DNA of 64,000 nt from a virus (lineage: Duplodnaviria; Caudoviricetes). The stretch is from positions 5,749-69,748 of the IMG/VR virus record IMGVR_UViG_3300036940_000207; one strand, 5' to 3'. A program made the position numbers and the translations under genes. Below the pieces are notes generated by a model. The model was not told where the DNA came from and did not search any database. It was given only the letters and a program-made list of their open reading frames with translations. Positions 32,583 through 44,300 of this stretch are shown here, in pieces (positions within the stretch are counted from its first letter, which is position 1; every line of letters starts with the position of its first letter).

Positions 32583-32990
32583 AGAACCCCCAATTTTATT
32601 CTACTAAATTAATCTTCTGGACAATACACTTCAACTTGTTCGTTAAAATAATTAAACTTTTCACCTGGAGAAAAATATACTTTACAGATTGGACCATCAA
32701 CTATCCAACATTCCTTATTCTCATCCCACCACGAACAATCAGGATAGGTATCATAAGTAATTTCATTATTAACATCAAACAGTAATATAATTAGTTCTCC
32801 TATAGTTTTAAATAGTTTAATGATCTTCTTTCAAATTCACAAATTTCACATTTTTCATTTGTAGGTCTTAATTCTTTATATTGAAGAGATATACCCGCAT
32901 AATATGGACATAAAGAAACAATATTCCCTAGTTTATAATATGTTTCATGTCCCATTCTTATCCATTCATATTCATAACTTCTTCTATAAC

Positions 32991-33251
32991 TTATGATGGG
33001 TTATTTTTATTAACATATTCCATAAACTTATCAATTCCATCTGGTTTCCAAAACTCAATTAAAATCCAACCTGTTTTCTCATTAATTCCCTGGAGAAACG
33101 GACATGCGTTAAACTTTATTTTATATTCTTCATAATCTGTTAGTTGATTTAAAACCAATGATTTCAGAAATTTAATTTCTTCTTTGGTAGCATCTTCCAC
33201 TTCAATACAAAATTGATCATGAACACTTAATTTTAACTCAAACCTAGACAT
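32991..33251 (-). CDS. Hypothetical early protein
   Basis: AAGGAG RBS, ATG 33251. Confidence 0.6.
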   Translation of the reverse strand: MSRFELKLSVHDQFCIEVEDATKEEIKFLKSLVLNQLTDYEEYKIKFNACPFLQGINEKTGWILIEFWKPDGIDKFMEYVNKNNPS

Positions 33252-33376
33252 TATCAATCTCCTTTTGATTTCCCTCTCAAAGACAAACCCAGTATACCAA
33301 AGCATAAAAAAATGTCAAGAGAAATCCATAAAAATTTTCTCTTGACATTTCAAATGGTTACGTACAATTTTAATAA

Positions 33377-33742
33377 TTATTCTTGTTCAATCGAGATTTT
33401 CTTTGAATCATTCTTTTCTGTTTCTAAGTAAATTTTAAGTAATCCATCCTTAACATATGCCTTAACATCTCTAATCCCATTTCCAAGAAACAGAGTTTTA
33501 TTCAATTTTTTCCCATCATCATTATCACCAAATACTGTCAAATGCCCCTTATCTAATGTTACTTCTAAATTATCACTATTAAAACCAGGAACTTCAATTT
33601 CCACAAATCTATTACCTTCTTTATCCTTTTTAAACATATATTCAAGTTTATTAGTTAAGAAATTTTCAAACCAATTATCAAAATCTGCATTGAAAAAATT
33701 GGTTAAAATGTTAGATGGTCGGTATGTTAGTTCATTCCTCAT
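33377..33742 (-). CDS. Small heat-shock protein (Hsp20 family)
   Basis: IEVPGF...LEVTLDKGHLTV...AYVKDGLLKIYL; AAGGAGG RBS. Confidence 0.85.
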   Translation of the reverse strand: MRNELTYRPSNILTNFFNADFDNWFENFLTNKLEYMFKKDKEGNRFVEIEVPGFNSDNLEVTLDKGHLTVFGDNDDGKKLNKTLFLGNGIRDVKAYVKDGLLKIYLETEKNDSKKISIEQE

Positions 33743-33827
33743 ATTCAAAACCTCCTTATCAATTTATTTATTCTTAATATAACTATTAATTAAATCATTG
33801 TCAAGAGATAACCAACAATATATTATA

Positions 33828-33974
33828 CTAATCCCTGCGGGATTATGAGGATTCAGTCACTATCGTTCCTTCATCCTCATATCTTTATATATTAACTAAA
33901 TCTATTGCATAATATTATCCTTCCTTTCGTCTCTTGTTAAGAGACAGTCTAACAAAGTTGATCAGTTTTGTCAA
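33828..33974 (-). repeat. Early promoter/leader/hairpin module, copy 2
   Basis: Same architecture as 17468-17621, with compensatory stem changes. Confidence 0.8.
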
Positions 33975-34020
33975 CAGAAAATCTATAAATATTATTAAAG
34001 ATAAATGATAAGGTGATAAT

Positions 34021-34524
34021 ATGAGTGAATTAAATCGTAATAATTTAGCAGAAGAATTTGATATTGAAAATGAAGAAATTGAAATTGAAACATTTAAAGA
34101 AATTCTTGTTAAAGCAAAAGAATTAGAAGACCCTAATAATGTATTAACCAGTGTTATTGAGAAAGCTGGAAGATTTCTTGATTTAGTTGAAAGGGAATGT
34201 GTAAATGGAGCCATGTCAGCAAGATACAGTGAAGTTGCTGCTACTTTAATTAATGCAATTACCACAGCTGCAAATTCAATAGCTACAATTAATTCTGTAT
34301 GATTTAATGATGAATTGAAACAAGTAAGAATCAAGCAGCGTGATCGTGAGCTAGATCAGAAAGATAAAGAATTAGAATTGAAAAAGATGTATTACAATAA
34401 TCAACTTGGCGATAATGGTGGAACCACAAACAATAATGTAATAGTTACAGATAGGGAAAGTGTTCTTAAATTTCTTAAAAGTGAACAGAAGAAAGAATTA
34501 GGAGAAGGTGAAGGAACAGAATAA
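34021..34524 (+). CDS. gp16: Terminase small subunit (T4 gp16-like), code 4
   Basis: ARYSEVAATLI...TNNNVIVTDRESVLKFL; one TGA joins two track ORFs; late promoter at 33984. Confidence 0.7.
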
Positions 34525-34533
34525 ACATAAATA

Positions 34534-34773
34534 ATGATGAGGTTAATTATGACTCAAAGAGTAAGCAGAGAAAATTTATTTACTAAATTTGATTTTAAAA
34601 AGTGTTGTAGTGATAAACAATTTTTACATTATACACAGTTAAAGGAGGATACTTGCTACTTTGAATATGGTAAAAAAATTAATGCTAAGGGAGGTGATTA
34701 TCTTACAATAAATTCCTTGGGAAGGATAGAAATTATACCTAGACAAGAATTTGAACTAAAATTTAATTATTAA
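34534..34773 (+). CDS. Hypothetical protein
   Basis: 79 aa ORF between gp16 and phoH. Confidence 0.55.
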   Translation: MMRLIMTQRVSRENLFTKFDFKKCCSDKQFLHYTQLKEDTCYFEYGKKINAKGGDYLTINSLGRIEIIPRQEFELKFNY

Positions 34774-34786
34774 AGGAATTAACTTT

Positions 34787-35956
34787 ATGCAAAAAAATTA
34801 TCATTTGGACACAAACGTATTATTAGAAAGAGAAGATGCTATCAATATATTAAGAAATGGAGAAGAGAATAAAATTAATATATCAATAACAGTAATTAAT
34901 GAATTGGATCATTTACTTAAAGATAATAATAAACGTCCAAAGACATCTAAAGCAATACAAAATATATGAGATAATAGAGATTATATTAACTTTACAGGAG
35001 ATGTATCTTCTATAATTAATAATGATGATAGAATACTTAGAAGTGTTGATGGTGAAGAACCAATATTGGTCACTAATGATAGATTATTACAATTAAAAGC
35101 TTATATATGTGGAATCAATAGTGAGGAATTTAAAGATAGTTTACCATTCAAATCAGAATCAGAAAAATATACAGGATTTATTGATTGATACAAAAATGAA
35201 GATTATATCAATAATTGCTTTTATTTTAAAAATGGTAAGTTATTCTTCTGAAATGGAAAAAAAGAAAGATGTATAGATTATGAAAGAGAAATTTGAAAGG
35301 TAAAGCCGAAAGATGTATATCAAAAAGCTGCTATTGAATTGTTAACTGATAGAAATATACCACTAACTACAATTCAAAGTAAATCAGGTACTGGAAAGTC
35401 ACTTCTTTCTTTGGCATCTGCTCTTTATATGACATTTGAAAAGAAATTATATAATAAAATTATAATTATAAAATCATCTGCTGAATCAAGTGAATATATA
35501 GGTTACAGACCTGGAAATGTAGAACAAAAAATGGAACCTATCTGAAATAACTTATATAAATTATTATTAGAATTACATGAAGTTAGACCATTTAATAAAG
35601 CATTTATAGATCCTGAATCACCATTACTAGAAATAAATCCTAGATTTATAGAATTTGCTCCATTAAATTTTATGAGAGGAGATAATATCAAAAATGCATA
35701 TGTTGTTGTTGATGAAGGACAAAATATCCCTAGACATGAAATGAGAACATTATTAACTAGAATGGGTGAAAATTGTAAAGTTGTAGTAGAAGGTGATACT
35801 TCTCAAGTAGATCATCCAAGATGTAATACAGATAATAATGGTCTTAACTGAGTAGTTAAGTTGCTTAAAGGTGATAAAAGATTTGCTCATCTAAAGATGA
35901 GTTGTAAACAAACAAGAGGACCAATATGTGATATGGTAACACAATATAATCTATAA
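34787..35956 (+). CDS. phoH: PIN-PhoH protein, code 4
   Basis: LDTNVLL (PIN); SGTGKS, FMRGDNI, VDEGQN, LTRMGE, GDTSQVD. Confidence 0.92.
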
Positions 35957-36101
35957 AATAAGTTTAGGTATTCCTCAATTTTCATATGTACAATTATTTC
36001 AATTAGTTAATTCACTTCTGTTCCTGGCAGAGATCAACTAATTCTATACTTGATTGAGGTTTTCATAAAAAATTAAAACAAAAATTTAGGAAAACATAAA
36101 A

Positions 36102-36665
36102 ATGAGACTAATAAATTATTTAAATGAGAATTCAATAATTGATGAAATTAGAAAAATTTTAAAGACAAGATGTAAAAAATATCTTAATGAATTTTTACCT
36201 AATTTTAATGGAATGTATTATATGTGATCAGGAAGAGATGGAATAAGTAAACCATATACTATTAAAAAAGTTAGAAAAGATAGAAAACCAATGAACACAC
36301 CTTTAAAGATTCATAATAAAATTGATGATATGTTTGAAGATGAATTTGGTTATAGACCAAGAAGTAATTCAATTTTTGTTACTGGCAATAAAAACATGAC
36401 TGATCTATATGGTGATCCATTCATGGTGTTTCCGTTAATGAATTATAAGTATTTATGAAACCCAAATATTAAAGATTTTTACATGTCAGTTAATTTTGAA
36501 AAAACAAACGATGAACAACTAAAAAATATTGTAAAAAATTATAAAAATGATGAATTATATAGAGGTCTTAGAAGTGGTGTAGAAATAATGTTAACCTGTG
36601 ATGAATATCTCTTAATATCAGATGAACTAAAAGAAGAAGTGGATATAATACTAAAAAATTGATAA
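36102..36665 (+). CDS. ART-like paralog 5, code 4
   Basis: MRLINYLNE; WSGR, RPRSNSIFVTG, YG..VFP and VEIMLTCDEY motifs. Confidence 0.55.
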
Positions 36666-36820
36666 AATGATTAATGAAATAATTCTTATGAACTGTGAAA
36701 TGATAATGATCACATTTAATACTAATGAATTATGCTATAATTTGTATATAGATGGTATATTGGTAGATGTTAAAGATAAATTGATAGAATTATTTAAAAT
36801 AAATGATAAATAATGTTTAT

Positions 36821-36909
36821 ATAGAAGGACAGAGACTGATCATCTTTGATGAAGTAACATCTCCCTTCATCTAACTTCTATATAATAAAAATTAAGGAGA
36901 TGGAATATG
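36821..36909 (+). promoter_or_regulatory. Structured RNA leader C of endonuclease gene
   Basis: ATAGAAG/CTTCTAT outer stem; loop CATCTCC complementary to GGAGATG SD region. Confidence 0.7.
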
Positions 36910-38262
36910 AGTAAAGAATTAAAAGATTGGATAAAAGATAATTTAATTGGGCCGAGTGGAAGACCAAATGTAAATAAAATTAAATTTTCATGATTTGAAA
37001 ATAACTATCAAATTAAAAAATATAATGAAATAATCAATTGCACTTATTTTCTTGATGAAGATTGTAAGTTTTCTGAAAGATTATATTGTATAATTCATGA
37101 TATAAAAAATAAAGAAATGTGTCCATATTGTAGAGATAAAGAATTAAAATTTAATAATTTATTTGATGGTTATAGAGATAGTTGTATACAATGCTTAAAA
37201 CACCAAAGATCAAATAGAAAAGAAGAATTAGAAAAGGAAAATCGTGAAATTAAACTAATTGACAAAGAAGAATTAAAACACTTTCTACTAATTCATATTA
37301 TATCTAATGGCAAAACAAAAAAAGGAAGATTAAATAAGGAATGATTTTATAGTAACGACTATCATAATGAATATGAATCTATGTTTCTTTATACAAGTTT
37401 TTTAAAAAGTGATGTTACATTATCTGAAAGATTGTATTGTATAATAAATAATTTTAAAGAACCATTTCTATGTAAATGATGTAAAGAAAGAGTAACAACC
37501 TACTTAGGATACACAAAGGGTTATAGAGATTATTGTTCTAATAGTTGTGGATCATTAGCTACAGAAGATAAAAGGATCAAAACTAATTTAGAAAAATTTG
37601 GGTTTGAACGACCATTTCAAAATTATCAAGTGGTAGAAGAAACAAGGAAACAATGATTGGTAAATCATAACGGGAAATTTCCACAAGGATTGCCAGAAAC
37701 AAATAAAAAAAGGAAGTTAACAAATAAAGAAAGATATGGGGATGAAAATTATAATAATTTTGAACAAAGATTAATAACTAATGAAGAAAGATATGGAGAT
37801 CCTTACTATACTAATTGAGAAAAAATTAAAAAAACTAATAATTTACTATATGGTGTGGATTGACCATTGCAAAATAAGGATATTCTAAAACAAACACAAG
37901 AAACATTATTTGAAAATGAAGGTGTTTATCATGGTTTATGTTCTTATACAATTTTAAAAAGGACACATCAAAACAATTCTAAAAAAATTTCCAAACCACA
38001 AAGAAAATTATATTGAATTGTTTCAAGAATATTTAAAAATGCACAATTAGAGTATTTCTTTGAAGGCAAGTTTATAGATATAGCAATACCAGATAAAATG
38101 ATAGCTATTGAATATGATGGTAGTTATTGACATGAACATAGAAAAAATAATGATGAAAAAAGACAAAAATATTTAGAATCTTTTGGATGAAAGTTTTTAA
38201 GATATTTAGATCATGTTCCAACAAAAGAAGAATTTTTAAATGATATTAAGTTTATTAAATAA
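36907..38262 (+). CDS. Putative homing endonuclease with C-terminal DUF559/Vsr-like domain (451 aa), code 4
   Basis: Repeated N-terminal CxxC units; FIDIAIPDKMIAIEYDGSYWH...RQKYLESFGW; lies directly upstream of terminase. Confidence 0.75.
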
Positions 38263-38270
38263 GGTTATAT

Positions 38271-39806
38271 ATGCCAGTAGGATACAGTAATGCAATAAAA
38301 AAACCAAATCAAGAATCAGAATATACCCCTGAAATGGTCAAAGAAATTAAAAAATGTATGGATGATATTATACATTTTACCAAATATGTTAAAATTGTTG
38401 ATCCAGACAGGGGAAAAATAATACTGTATGATAATTTAAGAGATTATCAAATAGAATTTTTACAACAATTAAAAGATAATAGAAAGGTTATTGGACTATG
38501 AGCTAGACAAAGTTCTAAAACTACTTGCATAGCTGTTTTTTATCTTTGATATTCACTATTTAATAGTGATATATCTTTAGGATTAGTAAGTAATAAAGAA
38601 TCTAGTGCTAAAGATATACTAAAAAGAATAAAATCATCATATGAAGAATTACCTAATTGATTGAAATGTGGTGTTATACAATACAATATGAAATCTATTT
38701 TGTTTGAAAATAACACTGAAATTTTAGTCAGTGCTACATCACCTGATGCTTTTCGAGGCCGTACTTTGCGAGTTTGTACAGTAGATGAGGCGGCGTTTGT
38801 AAAACCCAAATCAATATTATCAGATTTTTGGTCTGCTAATTATCCAGCTTTATCTGCTTCATATCAAAGTAAAATTTTTATTATTTCAACTCCAAACGGC
38901 ATCGGAGATCTGTTCCATTCCTTATGACAAGGTGCTGTAAATGGAAATAATGGTTTTATTCCTTCAAGAGTTCAGTGGTGACAAGTTCCTGGTAGAGATG
39001 AAGAATGAAAAAAAGAACAACAAAAAGTATTGAGTAAAGTAGAATGAGATAGAGAATTTGAATGTGCATTTCTTGGATCTACTAACACAGTAATAGATCC
39101 TAACATATTAGAAAATTTATTATCACAAACCAAAGACCCTATACAATATGATATAAATAATAAAATCAGAATATGAGAAAAACCTGATAAAAACAGTTTG
39201 TATGTAATTGGGTCAGATATAGCTAAGGGCACAGGAGAACATTACTCTACGTGTCAAGTATTAAAAATTAAATCTACTGATCCATTTAAAGCAGAACAAG
39301 TATCAGTTTTTCAAGATAATTATACAGATGTATATACTTTTTCAAATATCATATATAGATTAGCACTTTATTATAATAATGCTTATGTAGTTGTTGAAAA
39401 TAACATTGGTGATACAGTTATTTCACAATTATGATGAGAATTTGAGTATAGTAATTTAGTTAATGAAGGTAATAAGAAAACACAATTAGGAGTGAGAGCA
39501 ACTACCAAAACAAAACCTAAAGCAGTTCTTACAATGAAAAAGTTAATAGAAGATGGTGATTTGATACTATATGATAAACACACAGTTAATGAATTAACAA
39601 GTTTTATTGATCATGGAAATAATAAATTTGCAGGTAAAGATTTAACAGATGATTTGGTATCAGCTCTATACTGAGCTTGTTATATAGTAGATTTTGATAT
39701 TCTAGAAGAAGGCGAATTTAAAATCAATAACGAGATGGAAGATGAAGCTTGGGGAATATTAAGTGATATAGAAGAAGTAGAAGATACTTCTTGATTATTC
39801 AATTAA
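38271..39806 (+). CDS. gp17: Terminase large subunit (T4 gp17-like, 511 aa), code 4
   Basis: WARQSSKTT, VDEAAFV, IISTPNG, VPGRD, REFEC, DIAKG. Confidence 0.95.
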
Positions 39807-39837
39807 ACATATAAATAAATAAATAAGAGGAATTATT

Positions 39838-40062
39838 ATGAATTTTAAAATGTATATACAAGAATCAGTAGAAAATAAAGAAGATGATTTGATAGAATTA
39901 TTATCTAATTTATATAGAGTTAATAATTCTATACAACAATTAAATAAATTTTTTGAAATGAAAGATGTAATGAAAAAGATCAATACATCAATTAATGAAG
40001 TAGAAAAAATCTATAAACAAACATTTCCTGATAGAAATTTAAAAAAGAAATTAATATTATAG
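39838..40062 (+). CDS. Small hypothetical protein
   Basis: MNFKMYIQE start; late promoter at 39810. Confidence 0.6.
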   Translation: MNFKMYIQESVENKEDDLIELLSNLYRVNNSIQQLNKFFEMKDVMKKINTSINEVEKIYKQTFPDRNLKKKLIL

Positions 40063-40069
40063 GATATAT

Positions 40070-40831
40070 ATGACTAAAGAACAACTACATAATAGAATTT
40101 TACGAGATTTGGGACATCCCTATGTAAAGGTAGAATTAAGTTACGAACATGTATATGATGCTATAGAAGATTCAACTGATAAATTTGTTAAATGGGCAAC
40201 TGGTAATGCAACAGAAGAAATTTTCTTTACATTAGAAATATCTGCGGGTCAATCACTATATGATCTACCAAATGGTGTTGTTACATTATTGGATTATAAT
40301 GATAGTGGTGGTTCAAGTTCAGGTGGAGTAAACACATTATTTACTATAGAATCATTTCTCTATTCAATGGGTTATTATCCAGATCTTGGAAGAAACTATG
40401 GTAATCTAGTTAGTTATCATTTAGCTCTTGATTTCTTAAAAAATTTAAATAGATATATAACTAATACTTATACATATAGATATTTTGAAAAAACTAATCA
40501 ATTACAATTAATTCCTGTTCCTGATAAGACACAGTATATATTAATTAGATCATTTATGAAGAAAGGTTCTACACTAGGTAGTTGAACTGAAGAAGACTTT
40601 AATAAAGATTTATATAATGAATCTTGAGTAAGAAAATATGCAGTTGCATTATGTAAGGAAAAATTAGGATATATAAGAAGAAAGTTTAACCAATTTCAAG
40701 GAATAGGAAATACAGGTATTTCTTTGGATGGTGATCAGTTAATACAAGAAGCTAAAGAAGAAAAGGAAAAATTAAGTGAGGAAATTAAAGATGATTATGT
40801 TTATGAAGGATTTGATATTTTAATAGGATAG
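40070..40831 (+). CDS. gp13: Neck protein (T4 gp13-like), code 4
   Basis: LRDLGHPYVKVEL; WVRKYAVALCKE.LG.IR.KF...SLDGDQL. Confidence 0.88.
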
Positions 40832-40877
40832 TAAAATGTTAAATTTCCAATAAATATACAGATAAGAGGAGTAATAG

Positions 40878-41327
40878 ATGACATTTCCAGCAAGTACACA
40901 GATAAAGATGGATGCCCTTACTGAAGTGTGGCGTACAGCAAATAGATTGAAAAGTGATATGCAGAGACGCCGTGATACATTGGCAAACAAGAACGTAAGT
41001 GGACAGTGGATTTTGGCTATGATTAGTAATTTAACTGCTGCAATAAACACCTTTGAATCCAATGCTTCCGTCCCAGGAATAGGAGATTATGTAAAAGATC
41101 AATATGAAGATCTTTCAATTAATGTATTAACTGAGTTCAGTAACATGAAAAATGCAACTCAAGATGTAAAAGATTGGATTGTTAATAACCTTCCTACTGA
41201 TTCTAATGGTTATTTAATTATTCGTTCATTGGACACAAATGGGGAAATTGTAGAACGTGAGTTTACCCCAACACAAACACAAATTTTGCGTGATAAAATA
41301 GACACACTTATTGCCACTATTGGATAA
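40878..41327 (+). CDS. Hypothetical virion protein
   Basis: GAGGAG RBS, 149 aa, TGA-free. Confidence 0.7.
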   Translation: MTFPASTQIKMDALTEVWRTANRLKSDMQRRRDTLANKNVSGQWILAMISNLTAAINTFESNASVPGIGDYVKDQYEDLSINVLTEFSNMKNATQDVKDWIVNNLPTDSNGYLIIRSLDTNGEIVEREFTPTQTQILRDKIDTLIATIG

Positions 41328-41330
41328 ATT

Positions 41331-44300
41331 ATGTATTTTCCCGTTATTGAAGATTATATTAGTGGATATGATAGTAACGATGAAGTTTCTATATCCATAC
41401 CTAATAATGTTGCAGCAAATGAACTTTTGCTGATTTATTTTGGTTTTGATGATTCTAGGTCAATTGTTTCATTTCCATCTGGCTGAACTACAATACACCC
41501 CGTGTGGACTGATACTAATAATAGTTTTGCAATTATTATTGGAAAAAAGGCTGATGGAACTGAGGGTGGAACAAGTGTTAATTTTGGGATGACAGCAACA
41601 ACCATTTGTTCATATGTATGCCTAAGAATAAGTGATTGAGGAGGAGATTGAGGAGGAGATTTATCAAGTTATATTGATGTATCAACCTCAGTTTCAGATA
41701 ATATAAGTAGATCACAACCAAATCCACCATCTGTTGCAGCAGGTTGGGGAAGTGATTATAATTTATTTTTAACTTTTTGTACGATTTATAATGAAGATGT
41801 TACAGCACCTCCTACTAATTATACTACTATTGATTTTATAAACAATAATAGTAGAAGATCAGGAGTAGCATACAGAGAGCTTACAAAAGACAATGATGAT
41901 CCAGATACATTTACAGCAGACCATGATGAATATTGGGTTGCTGCGACAGTTGTTATTGCTCCTCTTTCCGCACCAAAAGAACCTACTAATCCCTCACCTT
42001 CAGATGAAGCAACAGGTATATCCGTAGATCCAACTTTACAAGTTGATGTTTCTGATCGAGACGGAGACTTGATGGATGTTTCTTTTTACAATGCTGATGA
42101 TGATTCACTTATTGGAACAGATACTGATGTTGTAAGTGGTGGAACAGCAAGTGTAACATGGAATGATTTAAGTTATAATACAACATACTCTTGGTACACT
42201 ATAGCTGATGATGGATCAGCTATTACACAAAGTAGTACCTGAAGTTTTACAACACTAATATTAATACTCACAAATGAAGCTACCAACATCCAATCTTACT
42301 CCACCCAACTTAATGGAACTCTTGGAAGTTTAGAAGGTAACAGTGAACTGGATGTTTATTTTGAGTGGGGAACGGACATTAATTATGGTAATACTACCTC
42401 TACTCAAACTTTGTCTTCCACAGGGGATTTTAGTGATACTATTTCCAACCTTTCTTCTGGAACAGAATATCATTACCGATCCGTAACTACAGATGGAACT
42501 GATACTTGGTATAGTTATGATGTTACTTTTAAAACTTTATCTATATTAGAAGATTATGATAAAGTCAAATCACTTAGTGTAGCTAGTGTCTCTGGTACTC
42601 CTACTATTAGCAGGGCTGTATGCCTAAAGATTAAGTCTGGTGATGATAGCACGACTGGCACAGGTGATATTATTCTAGATTGGACAAATATTTCCAGTGA
42701 AGCAGACATTGCTTTTTTTGATGAGAACAATAATCTGCTAGATTATTATATTGAATCATTTTCATCTGGTGAAACTTATTTACAAGATTCAGAAAGTTTT
42801 GAATCAGATTTTGGTGATTGGACAAATGATCCAAATAATGTTTCAGATTGAGTAAGAAATTCTGGTAGTACACCCTCTTCTGAAACTGGTCCTTCATCTG
42901 CATCTGATGGTAGTTATTACATTTATATTGAGACTACTGATGGGGATTCATTTAATGCAGGTGATACTGATATTATAGAATATGATATTGGAAGTCCTGA
43001 ATATGGTTATGTAGATTTTTATTATCATCAATATGGAGTTGATCAGGGAACATTATATTTAGAGGGATGAAATGGATCAACATGGACTGAAATATGGAGT
43101 TCATCTGGAGATCAAGGAGATCAATGGAATCATGCTACTACTCCTACAACAAATTTTACAGGTTATTCTAGATTAAGGTTTAGAAATGTTGCTGCTGGTG
43201 ATTTTCACGGTGATGTAGCACTTGATCTTATCAAAGTTTATATAAATCCTGTTGGATGTACTACCTGAGTTTATCGGGATTGGGTACAGGATGATAGTAC
43301 ACAAATTCAGGTGGCTTATGGCAATGGACCAATTGACCAAAGTGTAAGTGCAAGTACAGTATTTGATAAGGAAACTTCATTAACTGCTGGATATGTATAC
43401 AATGAATCTAGTGGAAATTTACTTGATGTAACGAGCAATAATAATGATGGAAATGTAGTTGGTGCTACACAGGATCAAAATGGATTTGTAGGAAAAGCAT
43501 ACAGTTTTGATGGAATTGATGATTATGTGGATACAGGTATTTCTGGATTTGAGGATGAAAATGTTTCTGTTTTCATTTCTATCACAAATAGTGTTTTGTC
43601 TGAAAATAATACTCTATTTGGTTTCTATGATCAACAAACAACATTAAATCACTTCTATATATGGATTAAAGCTGCTTATAGTCAAACTGCTGTTGGAGTA
43701 GGAGATAATTTCGTTAATTATGATGAACTCAATGATGAAACAGAGTACAATGTTGTTTTGGTCGTTGATGGCACAACTGCTAAGTATTATGTAAATGGTA
43801 GTGAAGTTGGTTCATTTAGTTTCAATTGAGGTGATACTACTAATGGGAGGTTATATTTAGGAGCAAGGAATGATGTTGCTATAGATGGTTCAATGAGTGC
43901 TGTATCCTTTTTTGAAGGTAAACAGTCTCATGCACGAATATATAGAGGGACAGTAATTAGTTCTTCAGACATTTCAGCTCTTCATAGTGCTACCAAATCT
44001 TCTCCTGACTTTTTCAGTCAGCAGGCAGGAGAAGATACAAATAATGTACCAAATGCACCTACTAATCCCTCACCTTCAGATGAAGCAACAGGTATATCCG
44101 TAGATCCAACTTTACAAGTTGATGTCTTCGATTCAGACGGAGACTTGATGGATGTTTCTTTTTATAATGCTGCTAATGATAGTTTAATAGGAACAGATAG
44201 TGAAGTAGCAAGTGCTGGAACAGCAAGTGTAACATGGAATGATTTGAGTTATGATACAACATACTCTTGGTACACTATAGCTGATGATGGATCAGCTATT

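Noticed and set aside
9489-35956. Cellular (host) origin suggested by trpS, pth2, phoH, Hsp20 and the HD hydrolase
   Set aside because: These are interspersed with phage promoters and a full T4-like virion module; no rRNA, ribosomal-protein or integrase context is visible.
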